The notes: generated from the letters alone by a model not told the origin. A stretch of 64,000 nucleotides of DNA from Candidatus Oxydemutator sp. (GCA_965203445.1 OZ241883.1:1844315-1908314); one strand, 5' to 3'. Positions 32,728-53,287 are shown, counted from the stretch's first letter. A program made the numbers and translations.

Positions 32728-33462
32728 GTGCATCCGTGCTGGCGCGCACCGGTGCGCGTTCACGCGGCGGTATCCACGCGCAACGGCGGTTGCAGCGCGC
32801 CGCCTTTCGACAGCTGCAACGTTTCCGAAGGCGTCGGCGACGATACCCGTGCCGTCGCCGAGAACCGCCGCCGCCTGCGCGAGCGCCTGGGTCTGCCGAG
32901 CGAACCCGTCTGGCTCGACCAGGAGCACGGCTGCGGCGTCGTCGCCGCCGAGAACGCACCGGCGCGGCGCCGTGCCGATGCGTCGGTGTCGTTCGCGTCG
33001 GGGACGGTATGCACCGTTACCGTAGCGGATTGCCTGCCCGTGTTGTTTTGCGACCGCGACGCCACCCGCGTCGCCGCGGCCCATGCCGGTTGGCGCGGCT
33101 TGGCCGGCGGCGTGCTCGAGGCGACCGTCGCCGCGCTCGATTGCGAGCCGCGGAAATTGATCGCGTGGCTGGGGCCTGCGATAGGGCCGCATGCTTTTCA
33201 CGTCGGCGACGACGTGCGCGAACGCTTTGTCGGGCAGGATGAGGAGTGTGCCCTGGCTTTTTTGCCCGACAATACCGGCGCGTGGTTGGCCGACTTGTAC
33301 CAACTGGCGAGGCTGCGTCTGGCGCGCCTGAACGTGGGCGAGGTGAGCGGCGGCTTCCATTGCACGTTCACGAACGAGCGGCACTTCTTCTCCCATCGGC
33401 GCGATGGCCGCACCGGACGCATGGCCGCCTGCGTCTGGCTTGCGCGCACGGCCGCCGCGTGA
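32728..33462 (+). CDS. pgeF: purine nucleoside phosphorylase/laccase-domain protein PgeF (YfiH)
   Basis: 'AAVSTRNGGCSAPPFDSCNVS...TVADCLPVLF...AAAHAGWRGLAGGV...CTFTNERHFFSHRRDG'. The start is uncertain. I chose the GTG at 32728 by analogy with the E. coli YfiH N-terminus. Confidence 0.8.
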   Translation: MHPCWRAPVRVHAAVSTRNGGCSAPPFDSCNVSEGVGDDTRAVAENRRRLRERLGLPSEPVWLDQEHGCGVVAAENAPARRRADASVSFASGTVCTVTVADCLPVLFCDRDATRVAAAHAGWRGLAGGVLEATVAALDCEPRKLIAWLGPAIGPHAFHVGDDVRERFVGQDEECALAFLPDNTGAWLADLYQLARLRLARLNVGEVSGGFHCTFTNERHFFSHRRDGRTGRMAACVWLARTAAA

Positions 33463-33686
33463 GAAGCCCCGGATGCCGGCGCGGTAACGCCGCCACGCCC
33501 GGGCGCCACCGGCGGCGCCCGTGGACGCAAAACGATTGCCGTCCGTGGTGGCTAAGGCGATAACCAGGCGGCGGCGCGGTTCAAGCCACGGAGCGGTGCC
33601 GGATCACCTGTGGAGACGCTGGCGGGGAGACCCTGAAAACGCCAAGCGCTGCCGGCAATAGGACATCTGTGCTTTGGTTTGACACA

Positions 33687-33715
33687 TTGACAATCCTGTA
33701 TTATTCAGCCATAAT
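33687..33715 (+). promoter_or_regulatory. candidate strong sigma70 promoter of the tRNA-tuf transcription unit
   Basis: TTGACA (33687-33692), a 17-nt spacer, then CATAAT (33710-33715), 12 nt upstream of tRNA-Tyr. A second overlapping TTGACA lies 8 nt upstream. Confidence 0.55.
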
Positions 33716-33727
33716 ACGCTGTTTCCC

Positions 33728-33812
33728 GGAGGGGTACCCAAGCGGTCAACGGGGGCAGACTGTAAATCTGCTGGCTATGCCTTCGTAGGTTCGAATCCTA
33801 CCCCCTCCACCA
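33728..33812 (+). tRNA. tRNA-Tyr (GTA)
   Basis: 85 nt. The acceptor stem is GGAGGGG/CCCCTCC and the anticodon loop is ctGTAaa. It has a long variable arm, a GTTCGAATC T-loop and an encoded CCA. Confidence 0.9.
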
Positions 33813-33909
33813 TGAAAATGCAGGAGGGGGTAGCCGGGAATAACCGGGGTGGCCATGAGCGCGGAAATGGCAGTCGCAACCGGATTGCAGGAGGCCGGAA
33901 CGATTCCGT

Positions 33910-33983
<74 letters not shown>

Positions 33984-34010
33984 GCGAAGCGCAGGGACGC
34001 CCTGAGCCGC

Positions 34011-34085
34011 GCCCATATAGCTCAGTGGTAGAGCACTTTCTTGGTAAGGAAGAGGTCACCGGTTCAATCCCGGTTATGGGCTCCA
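34011..34085 (+). tRNA. tRNA-Thr (GGT)
   Basis: 75 nt. The acceptor stem is GCCCATA/TATGGGC and the anticodon loop is ctGGTaa. It has a GTTCAATCC T-loop and an encoded CCA. Confidence 0.9.
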
Positions 34086-34113
34086 ATTCACCAACCGTTC
34101 GCAGGAAAACACG

Positions 34114-35294
34114 ATGTCGAAAGAGAAATTTGAGAGGACGAAGCCGCACGTAAACGTAGGCACGATAGGCCACGTGGATCACGGCAAGACGACGCTGACG
34201 GCGGCGCTGACGAAGGTGTTGTCGGAGAGTCAGGGCGGGGAGTATCGTTCGTATGATCAGATAGACAACGCGCCGGAGGAGCGCGAGCGAGGGATCACGA
34301 TAGCGACGGCGCACGTGGAGTATGAGTCTGCGGGTCGTCATTACGCGCACGTGGACTGTCCGGGGCACGCGGACTACATCAAGAACATGATAACGGGCGC
34401 GGCGCAGATGGACGGGGCGATATTGGTGGTGAGCGCGTCGGACGGACCGATGCCGCAGACGCGGGAGCACATATTGCTGGCGCGTCAGGTGGGGGTGCCG
34501 CACGTGGTGGTGTATTTGAACAAGGCGGACATGGTGGACGACAAGGAGTTGATGGAGTTGGTGGAGATGGAGGTGCGGGAGTTGCTGACGAGTTACGAGT
34601 TTCCGGGGGAGGAGGTACCGATAGTGTCGGGTTCGGCGCTGAAGGCGTTGGAGGGAGACGAGGGTGAGCACGGATCGGGTTCGATCATGAAGTTGGTGGG
34701 GGCGATGGATGAGTATATTCCGGAGCCGGAGCGGGCGGTGGACGGTGATTTTCTGATGCCGGTGGAGGACGTATTTTCGATTTCGGGCCGGGGCACGGTG
34801 GTGACGGGTCGTATAGAGCGTGGAGTGGTGAAGGTGGGAGACGAGGTGGGTATAGTGGGCGTGCGCGAGACGACGTCGACGACGTGCACGGGAGTGGAGA
34901 TGTTCAGGAAGTTGTTGGACGAGGGACGCGCGGGGGACAACGTGGGGGTGTTGCTGCGCGGGACGAAGCGCGAGGAGGTGGAGCGGGGTCAGGTATTGTG
35001 CAAGCCGGGGTCGATCACGCCGCACGTGGAGTTTGAGTCGGAGGTGTACGTGTTGTCGAAGGAGGAGGGTGGTCGTCACACGCCGTTTTTCAAGGGTTAT
35101 CGTCCGCAGTTTTATTTTCGGACGACGGACGTGACGGGCGAGGTGGAGTTGGAGTCGGGAGTGGAGATGGTGATGCCGGGGGACAACGTGAAGTTCAAGG
35201 TGAGGTTGATAGCGCCGATAGCGATGGACGAGGGACTGCGATTTGCGATTCGCGAGGGCGGGCGCACGGTCGGCGCCGGCGTCGTCACCAAGGT
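34114..35294. repeat. 1181-bp duplicated block (tuf CDS), copy 1
   Basis: Matches 50208-51388 at an offset of 16094. The only difference I found is 35250 t versus 51344 c (synonymous). Identity starts exactly at the ATG. Confidence 0.85.
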
Positions 35295-35304
35295 GTTGAA
35301 GTAA
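34114..35304 (+). CDS. tuf: elongation factor Tu (copy 1)
   Basis: 396 aa with [15 protein letters not shown] and NKAD motifs. It sits at the tufB-type position after the tRNA cluster. Confidence 0.97.
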   Translation: MSKEKFERTKPHVNVGTIGHVDHGKTTLTAALTKVLSESQGGEYRSYDQIDNAPEERERGITIATAHVEYESAGRHYAHVDCPGHADYIKNMITGAAQMDGAILVVSASDGPMPQTREHILLARQVGVPHVVVYLNKADMVDDKELMELVEMEVRELLTSYEFPGEEVPIVSGSALKALEGDEGEHGSGSIMKLVGAMDEYIPEPERAVDGDFLMPVEDVFSISGRGTVVTGRIERGVVKVGDEVGIVGVRETTSTTCTGVEMFRKLLDEGRAGDNVGVLLRGTKREEVERGQVLCKPGSITPHVEFESEVYVLSKEEGGRHTPFFKGYRPQFYFRTTDVTGEVELESGVEMVMPGDNVKFKVRLIAPIAMDEGLRFAIREGGRTVGAGVVTKVLK

Positions 35305-35378
35305 TGCCGCGCGGTGTCATCGGCGGTGTCGTGGCGGATGCCGTCGCACCGAAGACTTCGCCCAGGGGTTTGCACGAC

Positions 35379-35454
<76 letters not shown>

Positions 35455-35482
35455 TTTTCTGACGGAGCAGGGCGCAAATACC

Positions 35483-35854
35483 ATGGCGGGCAAGACGGCC
35501 GAGCGCGGGTTCACGTTTCAGGATCAGGCAAAGCTGGCGGTGGCGGCGATCGCGCTGGTCGTCGGCATCGGCTTGTTCTACTACCTCGAGGAGCAGGGAT
35601 TGTTCATTCAGGTGCTGGCGCTTCTAGCGATGACCACGCTTGCGATCGTGCTTTTTTTCATGACCGCACCCGGCGGCGAGGCCGCGGAGTTTATGAAAGG
35701 TTCGCGCATCGAGCTGCAAAAAATGGTGTGGCCGGGGCGCAGCGAGATTCTGCACTCGACGCTGCTGGTGTTCGCCGTCATCTTCATCGTCGCGTTGTTT
35801 TTGTGGCTGTTGGACATGTTCCTGGCGTGGTTCATGCAGTTGTTGATCAAGTGA
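35483..35854 (+). CDS. secE: preprotein translocase subunit SecE
   Basis: 123 aa with three hydrophobic segments. The C-terminal 'ELQKMVWPGRSEILHSTLLVFAVIFIVALFLWLLD' is typical, and it lies upstream of nusG. Confidence 0.9.
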   Translation: MAGKTAERGFTFQDQAKLAVAAIALVVGIGLFYYLEEQGLFIQVLALLAMTTLAIVLFFMTAPGGEAAEFMKGSRIELQKMVWPGRSEILHSTLLVFAVIFIVALFLWLLDMFLAWFMQLLIK

Positions 35855-35860
35855 ATCGCC

Positions 35861-36439
35861 GTGAACGAGGTCGCGTCCGCTGATGAACGAAGCGCCGGCA
35901 CCGTGTCCGGCCTGGAGTGGTACGTGGTGCACGTTTATTCAGGCTACGAGGCGCGCGTCATGCAGTCTCTCGAAGAGCGCATCGGACGTTACGGGATGCA
36001 GCAGAGGTTCGGGCGTATCATGATGCCGAAAGAGGAGATCGTCGAGATGCGCTCGGGCCAGAAGCGCAAGGTCACGCGCAAGTTTTTCCCGGGCTATCTG
36101 CTGGTCGAGATGAAAATGGACGAGGACACGTGGCACCTGGTCAACAACGTGCCGCGCGTGATGGGTTTCATCGGCGGTTCGCGCGAGAAGCCGTCGCCGG
36201 TGCCGCAGGATGAGGTGGATGCGGTGCTCAATCGCCTGAAGGAGGGCACCGGCAAGCTGCGCCCGCGCGTGTTATTCGAGGTCGGCGAGGTGGTGCGCGT
36301 GATAGACGGCCCGTTCAACGACTTCGAAGGCAGCGTCGAGGAGGTCAATTACGAGAAAAGCCGGCTATTGGTACGGGTGCAGATTTTCGGGCGTCCGACG
36401 CCGGTCGAGCTGTCTTTCGACCAGGTCGAGAAGACCTGA
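35861..36439 (+). CDS. nusG: transcription termination/antitermination factor NusG
   Basis: '[14 protein letters not shown]...[12 protein letters not shown]' (NGN domain) plus a KOW domain, '[21 protein letters not shown]'. Confidence 0.93.
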   Translation: MNEVASADERSAGTVSGLEWYVVHVYSGYEARVMQSLEERIGRYGMQQRFGRIMMPKEEIVEMRSGQKRKVTRKFFPGYLLVEMKMDEDTWHLVNNVPRVMGFIGGSREKPSPVPQDEVDAVLNRLKEGTGKLRPRVLFEVGEVVRVIDGPFNDFEGSVEEVNYEKSRLLVRVQIFGRPTPVELSFDQVEKT

Positions 36440-36452
36440 CGGCGGCCGTTTC

Positions 36453-36884
36453 ATGGCTAAGAAAATCGAGACGTACATCAAGATGCAGGTTCCGGCGGGC
36501 GACGCCAATCCAAGCCCGCCGGTCGGCCCGGCGCTCGGCCAGCATGGTCTGAACATCATGGACTTCTGCAAGGCGTTCAACGCGCGCAGCAAGGAGCTTG
36601 AAAAGGGTTTGCCGGTGCCGGTAGTCATCGCCGTGTACAGCGACAAGAGTTTCACTTTCGTCATCAAGTCGCCGCCGGCCTCGGTGCTGCTGAAAAAAGC
36701 CGCGGGCGTGGACAAGGGCAGCGGCACGCCGAACCTCGAGAAGGTCGGCAAGGTCACCCGCCGGCAGCTGGAGGAAATCGTCGCCCAGAAGGAGCCCGAC
36801 CTGACCGCGGGCGGTATGGACGCGGCGGTGCGCACGATCGCCGGCAGCGCGCGTAGCATGGGCCTCGAGGTGGAGGACGCATAG
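36453..36884 (+). CDS. rplK: 50S ribosomal protein L11
   Basis: 143 aa: [43 protein letters not shown]. Confidence 0.96.
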   Translation: MAKKIETYIKMQVPAGDANPSPPVGPALGQHGLNIMDFCKAFNARSKELEKGLPVPVVIAVYSDKSFTFVIKSPPASVLLKKAAGVDKGSGTPNLEKVGKVTRRQLEEIVAQKEPDLTAGGMDAAVRTIAGSARSMGLEVEDA

Positions 36885-37583
36885 ATGGCGCGGCGCTTGT
36901 CGAAGAGGGGCCGACGCATCGCCGAGCAGTGCGATCGCTCCTGCTCCTATGCTCCGGCTGAGGCGTTCAAGTTGTTGAAGCAGTGCCCGCCCGCGAACTT
37001 CGGCGAGTCGGTTGACGCCAGCGTCAGGCTTGGCGTGGACGCGCGCAAGGGCGACCAGATGGTGCGCGGTGCCGCGAGTCTGCCGCACGGTCTCGGCAAG
37101 CCGGTGCGCGTCGCGGTCTTTGCCGAAGGCGACCAGGCCGCCGCGGCCGAGCAGGCCGGTGCCGACGCGGTCGGCCTCGACGATCTGATCGCGCGCGCGC
37201 GCGACGGCGATTTCGACTATGACGCGGTGGTCGCGGCGCCCGCGGCGATGCCCGCGCTCGGCAAGATCGGGGCGCTGCTGGGGCCGCGCGGGCTGATGCC
37301 GAATCCCAAGGACGGCACCGTGACCGACGACGTCGCCGCGGCGGTGCGCGGCATCAAGCAGGGCCGCGCGCGCTACCGCATAGACAAGGCCGGCGTCGTT
37401 CATTGCAGCATCGGGCGGCTCGACTTCGACGTCGCTCAGCTGGAAGAAAACTTGAACGCGCTGGTCGCCGCACTCGTGCGCGCCAGGCCGGCGGCGGCCA
37501 AGGGCGTTTATCTCAGGAAAGTGTCGGTTTCCTCGACCATGGGGCCGGGGCTGGTGATCGATCAGGGCGCGTTGAGCTACTGA
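36885..37583 (+). CDS. rplA: 50S ribosomal protein L1
   Basis: 232 aa. Position and sequence (GLMPNPKDGTVT) support the call. Confidence 0.95.
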   Translation: MARRLSKRGRRIAEQCDRSCSYAPAEAFKLLKQCPPANFGESVDASVRLGVDARKGDQMVRGAASLPHGLGKPVRVAVFAEGDQAAAAEQAGADAVGLDDLIARARDGDFDYDAVVAAPAAMPALGKIGALLGPRGLMPNPKDGTVTDDVAAAVRGIKQGRARYRIDKAGVVHCSIGRLDFDVAQLEENLNALVAALVRARPAAAKGVYLRKVSVSSTMGPGLVIDQGALSY

Positions 37584-37598
37584 CGGGAAGAGTATGAG

Positions 37599-38129
37599 AT
37601 GGCGCTGAATCCGGAAGGCAAGAGACGGGTCGTGGCCGAGGTCGCCGCGGCCGCGGCCCAGGCGACGTCGGCGATCGCCGCCGACTACCGCGGTCTGAGC
37701 GTGGTCGAGATGACCCGCCTGCGCAGGCAGGCGCGGGAGCAGGGAGTGTATCTGCGCGTCGTCAAGAACACGCTGGCGCGTCGCGCACTGGCGGACACGC
37801 CCTTCGCGTGCATGGAGGCGGCGCTCGGCGGGCCGCTGCTGCTTGCGTTTTCCTACGAAAACATAGGGGCTGCGGCCGGACTGATCCGGGATTTTTACAA
37901 GGACGGCGGCCTGCCCGAGGTCAAAATTATCGCTTTCGACGGCGAATTGCAGGATTTGTCGCAGGTGGAGCGCCTGGCCACGCTGCCGACGCACGAACGG
38001 GCGCTCGGCGCGTTGATGGCCGTGCTCAAGGCGCCGCTCGAGAAACTGGCGCGCGCACTGGCGGCGCCCGCGTCGAAGTTGGCGCGCACGCTGGCCGCGC
38101 TGCGCGACGACAAGCAGAAGTCGGTGTGA
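37599..38129 (+). CDS. rplJ: 50S ribosomal protein L10
   Basis: 176 aa with 'ADYRGLSVVEMTRLRRQARE..VYLRVVKNTLARRAL'. Confidence 0.95.
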   Translation: MALNPEGKRRVVAEVAAAAAQATSAIAADYRGLSVVEMTRLRRQAREQGVYLRVVKNTLARRALADTPFACMEAALGGPLLLAFSYENIGAAAGLIRDFYKDGGLPEVKIIAFDGELQDLSQVERLATLPTHERALGALMAVLKAPLEKLARALAAPASKLARTLAALRDDKQKSV

Positions 38130-38185
38130 GCGCCGGACGCGCGTCATAGAATTACCCAAGCCCACTCAAGCAAGGAGAAAACACG

Positions 38186-38563
38186 ATGGCCCTATCCAAA
38201 GAAGAAATACTGGACGCAATTTCCGCGATGTCCGTGATGGACGTGGTCGACCTGGTTTCGGCGATGGAGGAGAAGTTCGGCGTCTCGGCGGCGGCCGTCG
38301 CGGCCGCTCCGGTGGCGGCGGCTGCCGGCGAAACGGCGGAGGAGACCGAAAAGGACGAGTTCACCGTCGTTCTGGCCGGTATCGGCGACAACAAGGTGGC
38401 CGTTATCAAGGCAGTGCGCACGGTCACCGACCTCGGCCTCAAGGAAGCCAAGGAGTTGGTCGAAGGCGCGCCGGGCACGCTGCGCGAGGGCGTGGCCAAG
38501 AAAGAAGCAGAGGAGATCAAGAGCAAGCTCGAAGAAGCGGGCGCTTCGGTTGAGCTTACATGA
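38186..38563 (+). CDS. rplL: 50S ribosomal protein L7/L12
   Basis: 125 aa with an Ala-rich hinge and '[27 protein letters not shown]'. Confidence 0.96.
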   Translation: MALSKEEILDAISAMSVMDVVDLVSAMEEKFGVSAAAVAAAPVAAAAGETAEETEKDEFTVVLAGIGDNKVAVIKAVRTVTDLGLKEAKELVEGAPGTLREGVAKKEAEEIKSKLEEAGASVELT

Positions 38564-38709
38564 GCCGCGAACGGCGGCGCGGCGCCGCGTCCTGGTCACG
38601 CCTCTGGCACGAAGAGGCACGGGAAAAGTCCGCCTGCATTCCTGCCGCGTTCTCTCTCCGGCACGGCCCGGGGACGAGGACGCGCCGTAACTGAGCCTGG
38701 AGGGAACGC

Positions 38710-42807
<4,098 letters not shown>

Positions 42808-42838
42808 CGCGCGTCGCGAACACCAAGCCGGAGAAAAC

Positions 42839-47011
<4,173 letters not shown>

Positions 47012-47061
47012 CTGAGTAGGCGCCGGATTTTGCGCTGCCCGGATCGGGGTACGGTGTTCCA

Positions 47062-47088
47062 ATGCGCCTGGGACGCGCATGTCCTTTT
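47062..47088 (+). terminator. weak candidate intrinsic terminator after rpoC
   Basis: Stem atgcgc / gcgcat (47062-47067 / 47075-47080) with a 7-nt loop, followed by gtcctttt. The stem is short and there are only four T residues. Confidence 0.25.
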
Positions 47089-47114
47089 ACTTCTGGTTGA
47101 CTTCCAGTTATAAT
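47086..47114 (+). promoter_or_regulatory. candidate sigma70 promoter of the str operon
   Basis: TTTACT (47086-47091), a 17-nt spacer, then TATAAT (47109-47114), about 65 nt upstream of the rpsL ATG. Confidence 0.35.
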
Positions 47115-47179
47115 AACTGGCTACTTTGTCCTTTCCCGCCGAGGCGCGGGAGAGGCCGTATTTGTCAACGTTCAAGGAC

Positions 47180-47554
47180 ATGGCGACTATCAACCAGCTG
47201 GTGCGCAAGCCCAGAAAGCGCAAGATGGAAAAGAGCGGCGTGACCGCGCTCGAGAGCTGCCCGCAAAAGCGCGGTGTCTGCGTCCGCGTCTATACGACGA
47301 CGCCGAAGAAACCGAACTCGGCGTTGCGCAAGGTCGCGCGCGTGCGCCTGACGAACGGCTATGAGGTCACCACCTATATCGGCGGCGAGGGGCACAACCT
47401 GCAGGAGCACTCGGTCGTGTTGATTCGCGGCGGGCGCGTCAAGGATCTGCCCGGAGTGCGTTATCACACCGTGCGCGGCAGCCTCGATACGCAAGGCGTC
47501 GAAGGCCGCAGGCAGGGACGCTCCAAATACGGCGCCAAGCGCCCCAACGCATAA
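47180..47554 (+). CDS. rpsL: 30S ribosomal protein S12
   Basis: From the internal ATG it reads [15 protein letters not shown]... 124 aa. Confidence 0.96.
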   Translation: MATINQLVRKPRKRKMEKSGVTALESCPQKRGVCVRVYTTTPKKPNSALRKVARVRLTNGYEVTTYIGGEGHNLQEHSVVLIRGGRVKDLPGVRYHTVRGSLDTQGVEGRRQGRSKYGAKRPNA

Positions 47555-47566
47555 AGAGGCCGCCCG

Positions 47567-48094
47567 ATGTCGCGCCGCAAAGAAGTTCCGAGAAGGCAGA
47601 TCACGCTCGATCCGAAATACCAGGATGAGACGGTCGCCAAGTTCATCAACCTGGTGATGCGCGCCGGCAAAAAGTCGGGTGCCGAGAAGATAGTGTATCG
47701 CGCCCTGAACAAAGCATCCGACAAGGCGTCCGAGGCCTTGCCCGAGGCGGCGTCCAAAGAGGTTCCCGCGGGCGCCGCCGGCGGCGTCGCCGAGGAACTG
47801 GAGATTTTCAAGACCGCGCTGCAAAACGTGAAGCCGCGCGTCGAGGTCAAGTCGCGGCGCGTCGGCGGCGCCACCTACCAGGTGCCGGTCGAGGTGCGTC
47901 CGGTGCGCCAGTTGACGCTGGCGATGCGCTGGGTCATCGAAGCCGCGCGCAAGCGCGGTTCGCAATCCATGATCGAGAAGCTGGCGGCGGAGTTGGCCGA
48001 CGCCTACGCCAACAAAGGCGCCGCGGTCAAGCGGCGCGAGGACACGCTGAAAATGGCCGAGGCCAACAAGGCCTTTTCCCACTACCGGTGGTGA
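47567..48094 (+). CDS. rpsG: 30S ribosomal protein S7
   Basis: 175 aa with '[24 protein letters not shown]'. It carries a ~19-aa Ala/Glu-rich insertion relative to E. coli S7. Confidence 0.95.
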   Translation: MSRRKEVPRRQITLDPKYQDETVAKFINLVMRAGKKSGAEKIVYRALNKASDKASEALPEAASKEVPAGAAGGVAEELEIFKTALQNVKPRVEVKSRRVGGATYQVPVEVRPVRQLTLAMRWVIEAARKRGSQSMIEKLAAELADAYANKGAAVKRREDTLKMAEANKAFSHYRW

Positions 48095-48095
48095 C

Positions 48096-50195
<2,100 letters not shown>

Positions 50196-50207
50196 CCAGG
50201 AGCGACC

Positions 50208-51388
50208 ATGTCGAAAGAGAAATTTGAGAGGACGAAGCCGCACGTAAACGTAGGCACGATAGGCCACGTGGATCACGGCAAGACGACGCTGACGGCGGCG
50301 CTGACGAAGGTGTTGTCGGAGAGTCAGGGCGGGGAGTATCGTTCGTATGATCAGATAGACAACGCGCCGGAGGAGCGCGAGCGAGGGATCACGATAGCGA
50401 CGGCGCACGTGGAGTATGAGTCTGCGGGTCGTCATTACGCGCACGTGGACTGTCCGGGGCACGCGGACTACATCAAGAACATGATAACGGGCGCGGCGCA
50501 GATGGACGGGGCGATATTGGTGGTGAGCGCGTCGGACGGACCGATGCCGCAGACGCGGGAGCACATATTGCTGGCGCGTCAGGTGGGGGTGCCGCACGTG
50601 GTGGTGTATTTGAACAAGGCGGACATGGTGGACGACAAGGAGTTGATGGAGTTGGTGGAGATGGAGGTGCGGGAGTTGCTGACGAGTTACGAGTTTCCGG
50701 GGGAGGAGGTACCGATAGTGTCGGGTTCGGCGCTGAAGGCGTTGGAGGGAGACGAGGGTGAGCACGGATCGGGTTCGATCATGAAGTTGGTGGGGGCGAT
50801 GGATGAGTATATTCCGGAGCCGGAGCGGGCGGTGGACGGTGATTTTCTGATGCCGGTGGAGGACGTATTTTCGATTTCGGGCCGGGGCACGGTGGTGACG
50901 GGTCGTATAGAGCGTGGAGTGGTGAAGGTGGGAGACGAGGTGGGTATAGTGGGCGTGCGCGAGACGACGTCGACGACGTGCACGGGAGTGGAGATGTTCA
51001 GGAAGTTGTTGGACGAGGGACGCGCGGGGGACAACGTGGGGGTGTTGCTGCGCGGGACGAAGCGCGAGGAGGTGGAGCGGGGTCAGGTATTGTGCAAGCC
51101 GGGGTCGATCACGCCGCACGTGGAGTTTGAGTCGGAGGTGTACGTGTTGTCGAAGGAGGAGGGTGGTCGTCACACGCCGTTTTTCAAGGGTTATCGTCCG
51201 CAGTTTTATTTTCGGACGACGGACGTGACGGGCGAGGTGGAGTTGGAGTCGGGAGTGGAGATGGTGATGCCGGGGGACAACGTGAAGTTCAAGGTGAGGT
51301 TGATAGCGCCGATAGCGATGGACGAGGGACTGCGATTTGCGATCCGCGAGGGCGGGCGCACGGTCGGCGCCGGCGTCGTCACCAAGGT
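50208..51388. repeat. 1181-bp duplicated block (tuf CDS), copy 2
   Basis: See copy 1. Confidence 0.85.
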
Positions 51389-51398
51389 TATCCAATAG
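50208..51398 (+). CDS. tuf: elongation factor Tu (copy 2)
   Basis: 396 aa, identical to copy 1 except for the last two residues (..VIQ versus ..VLK). It sits at the tufA-type position after fusA. Confidence 0.97.
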   Translation: MSKEKFERTKPHVNVGTIGHVDHGKTTLTAALTKVLSESQGGEYRSYDQIDNAPEERERGITIATAHVEYESAGRHYAHVDCPGHADYIKNMITGAAQMDGAILVVSASDGPMPQTREHILLARQVGVPHVVVYLNKADMVDDKELMELVEMEVRELLTSYEFPGEEVPIVSGSALKALEGDEGEHGSGSIMKLVGAMDEYIPEPERAVDGDFLMPVEDVFSISGRGTVVTGRIERGVVKVGDEVGIVGVRETTSTTCTGVEMFRKLLDEGRAGDNVGVLLRGTKREEVERGQVLCKPGSITPHVEFESEVYVLSKEEGGRHTPFFKGYRPQFYFRTTDVTGEVELESGVEMVMPGDNVKFKVRLIAPIAMDEGLRFAIREGGRTVGAGVVTKVIQ

Positions 51399-51422
51399 GC
51401 GCACCGCGACGGGTATAGACGC

Positions 51423-51749
51423 ATGGCGCAGACCGACCAGACCAGCCAGAGTATCCGTATCCGCCTGAAGGCGTTCGACTATCGCCTGCTCGACAAGTCG
51501 GTGCGCGAGATTATCGAGACGGTCAAGCGCACCGGCGCCCGCATCAAGGGGCCGATTCCGCTACCGACGCGCATCGAGCGCTTTACCGTGCTGATTTCTC
51601 CGCACGTGGACAAGGACGCGCGCGATCAGTACGAAATCCGCACCCACAAACGCATCATTGATATTCTCGACCCGACCGAAAAGACCGTGGACGCGCTGAT
51701 GAAGCTCGATCTCGCGGCCGGCGTCAACGTGCAGATCAAACTGAGCTGA
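51423..51749 (+). CDS. rpsJ: 30S ribosomal protein S10
   Basis: 108 aa: '[29 protein letters not shown]'. Confidence 0.96.
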   Translation: MAQTDQTSQSIRIRLKAFDYRLLDKSVREIIETVKRTGARIKGPIPLPTRIERFTVLISPHVDKDARDQYEIRTHKRIIDILDPTEKTVDALMKLDLAAGVNVQIKLS

Positions 51750-51755
51750 GGGGGG

Positions 51756-52391
51756 ATGATGGCGCTCGGATTGATAGGCGAGAAGATCGGGATGACGCGC
51801 GTATTTTCGGAGGATGGGCGCTCGCTGGCGGTCACCGTCGTGCACGCGCCGGTCAACCGCGTAGCGCAGGTCAAGACCGCCGCCAAAGACGGTTATCCGG
51901 CGATGCAACTGGTCGCCGGCGGGCGCAAGCCGTCGCGGGTATCGAAACCGCTGGCCGGCCATTTCAAGAAGGCCGGCGTCGAGGCCGGCGGCGTGATCCG
52001 CGAGTTTCGCGTCGGCGAGGACGAATTGAGGCAGGTCGGCGAGACCGTCGGCGTCGACATATTCGAGCCGGGGAGCATGGTCGAAGTGACCGGCACCAGT
52101 CGCGGCAAGGGGTTCGCCGGCGCCATCAAACGCCACCATTTCCGCAGTCAGGACGCGAGCCACGGCAACTCGCTGTCGCATCGTGCGCTGGGTTCGGTCG
52201 GCCAGTGTCAACTGCCGGGGCGCGTGTTCAAGGGCAAGAAAATGCCTGGACGCATGGGCGGCGTGCGCGTTACCACGCGCAACCTCGAGGTCGTGCGCGT
52301 GGACCTGGAGAGAAATCTGCTGCTGATCAAAGGCGCGATTGCCGGCAGCCGCGGCGGCACCGTCATCGTGAGGCGACGGCATGGAACTTGA
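51756..52391 (+). CDS. rplC: 50S ribosomal protein L3
   Basis: 211 aa: '[13 protein letters not shown]'. Confidence 0.96.
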   Translation: MMALGLIGEKIGMTRVFSEDGRSLAVTVVHAPVNRVAQVKTAAKDGYPAMQLVAGGRKPSRVSKPLAGHFKKAGVEAGGVIREFRVGEDELRQVGETVGVDIFEPGSMVEVTGTSRGKGFAGAIKRHHFRSQDASHGNSLSHRALGSVGQCQLPGRVFKGKKMPGRMGGVRVTTRNLEVVRVDLERNLLLIKGAIAGSRGGTVIVRRRHGT

Positions 52392-52983
52392 ACTGGAGGG
52401 CGGAGGCACGATGCCGATATCCGAAGGCGTGTTCGACCGCCACTACAACGAGAGTCTTGTGCATCAGGCGCTGGTCGCGTTTCTCGCGGGCGCGCGCCGT
52501 GGCAGCAAGGCGCAGAAGAGCCGCGCCGACGCCGCCGGCGGCGGGCGCAAACCATGGCGCCAGAAAGGCACCGGCCACGCGCGCGTCGGCACCAACCGCA
52601 GCCCGCTGTGGCGTGGCGGCGGGCGCACCTTCGCGGCGCGTCCGCGCGACTTCGGCAGGAAGATCAACCGCAAGATGTACCGCGGCGCGCTGCGCTCGCT
52701 GCTGTCCGAGCTGTACCGGCGCGGCCATCTGCACGTGGTCGAGGAATGGAGCATTCCCGAACCCAGGACCAAACTGCTGGCGGCGAAGCTCAGGGCCTAC
52801 GACTGGGATTCGGTGCTGATTGTGACCGCCGAATACGACGACAAGCTCATGCTCGCGGCCAACAACCTGCCGTACGTCGGCGTGTTGCCGGCGACGCGCC
52901 TCGATCCGGCCAACCTGCTGCGCTTCGGACACGTGCTGGTCACGCGCGCCGCGGTCCTCAAGATACAGGAGTGGCTCGCGTGA
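52381..52983 (+). CDS. rplD: 50S ribosomal protein L4
   Basis: 200 aa: '[28 protein letters not shown]'. Confidence 0.95.
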   Translation: MELELEGGGTMPISEGVFDRHYNESLVHQALVAFLAGARRGSKAQKSRADAAGGGRKPWRQKGTGHARVGTNRSPLWRGGGRTFAARPRDFGRKINRKMYRGALRSLLSELYRRGHLHVVEEWSIPEPRTKLLAAKLRAYDWDSVLIVTAEYDDKLMLAANNLPYVGVLPATRLDPANLLRFGHVLVTRAAVLKIQEWLA

Positions 52984-53285
52984 AAGTAACCTTGCCCGAC
53001 GAGAGGCTGCACAAGGCGATCATCGCGCCGCACGTCTCCGAGAAAGCCACCAACGTCATGCGCGACAACCAGCACGTGTTCCGCGTGCTGCCCGACGCGA
53101 CGCGCGCGCAAGTGCGCGCCGCGATCGAGAACGCCTTCGACGTCAAGGTCACAAAGGTCAACCTGGTGCGCGTCAGGGGCAAGCGCAAGGGTAGCGGGCG
53201 CAGCAGGGGGCGACGCGTGGACTGGAAGAAGGCCTACGTCACGCTGGCAGCCGGCAACAGCATCAACCTGACCGCGTCGGAATAA
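52980..53285 (+). CDS. rplW: 50S ribosomal protein L23
   Basis: The GTG at 52980 overlaps the L4 stop (GTGA). '[15 protein letters not shown]...[16 protein letters not shown]'. 101 aa. Confidence 0.93.
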   Translation: MKVTLPDERLHKAIIAPHVSEKATNVMRDNQHVFRVLPDATRAQVRAAIENAFDVKVTKVNLVRVRGKRKGSGRSRGRRVDWKKAYVTLAAGNSINLTASE

Positions 53286-53287
53286 CG

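Noticed and set aside
33463-33727. 265-bp GC-rich spacer before the tRNA cluster as a possible ncRNA or integration site
   Set aside because: I recognise no conserved ncRNA signature. There are no integrase or att-like repeats next to the tRNAs. Only a promoter is supported.
36345-38165. 606-aa minus-strand ORF across rplK-rplA-rplJ
   Set aside because: It overlaps three unmistakable ribosomal protein genes on the plus strand. It is a high-GC shadow ORF.
38564-38709. Possible rplL-rpoB attenuator/terminator
   Set aside because: GC-rich self-complementary stretches exist, but none is followed by a T-run. I could not define a convincing hairpin by eye.
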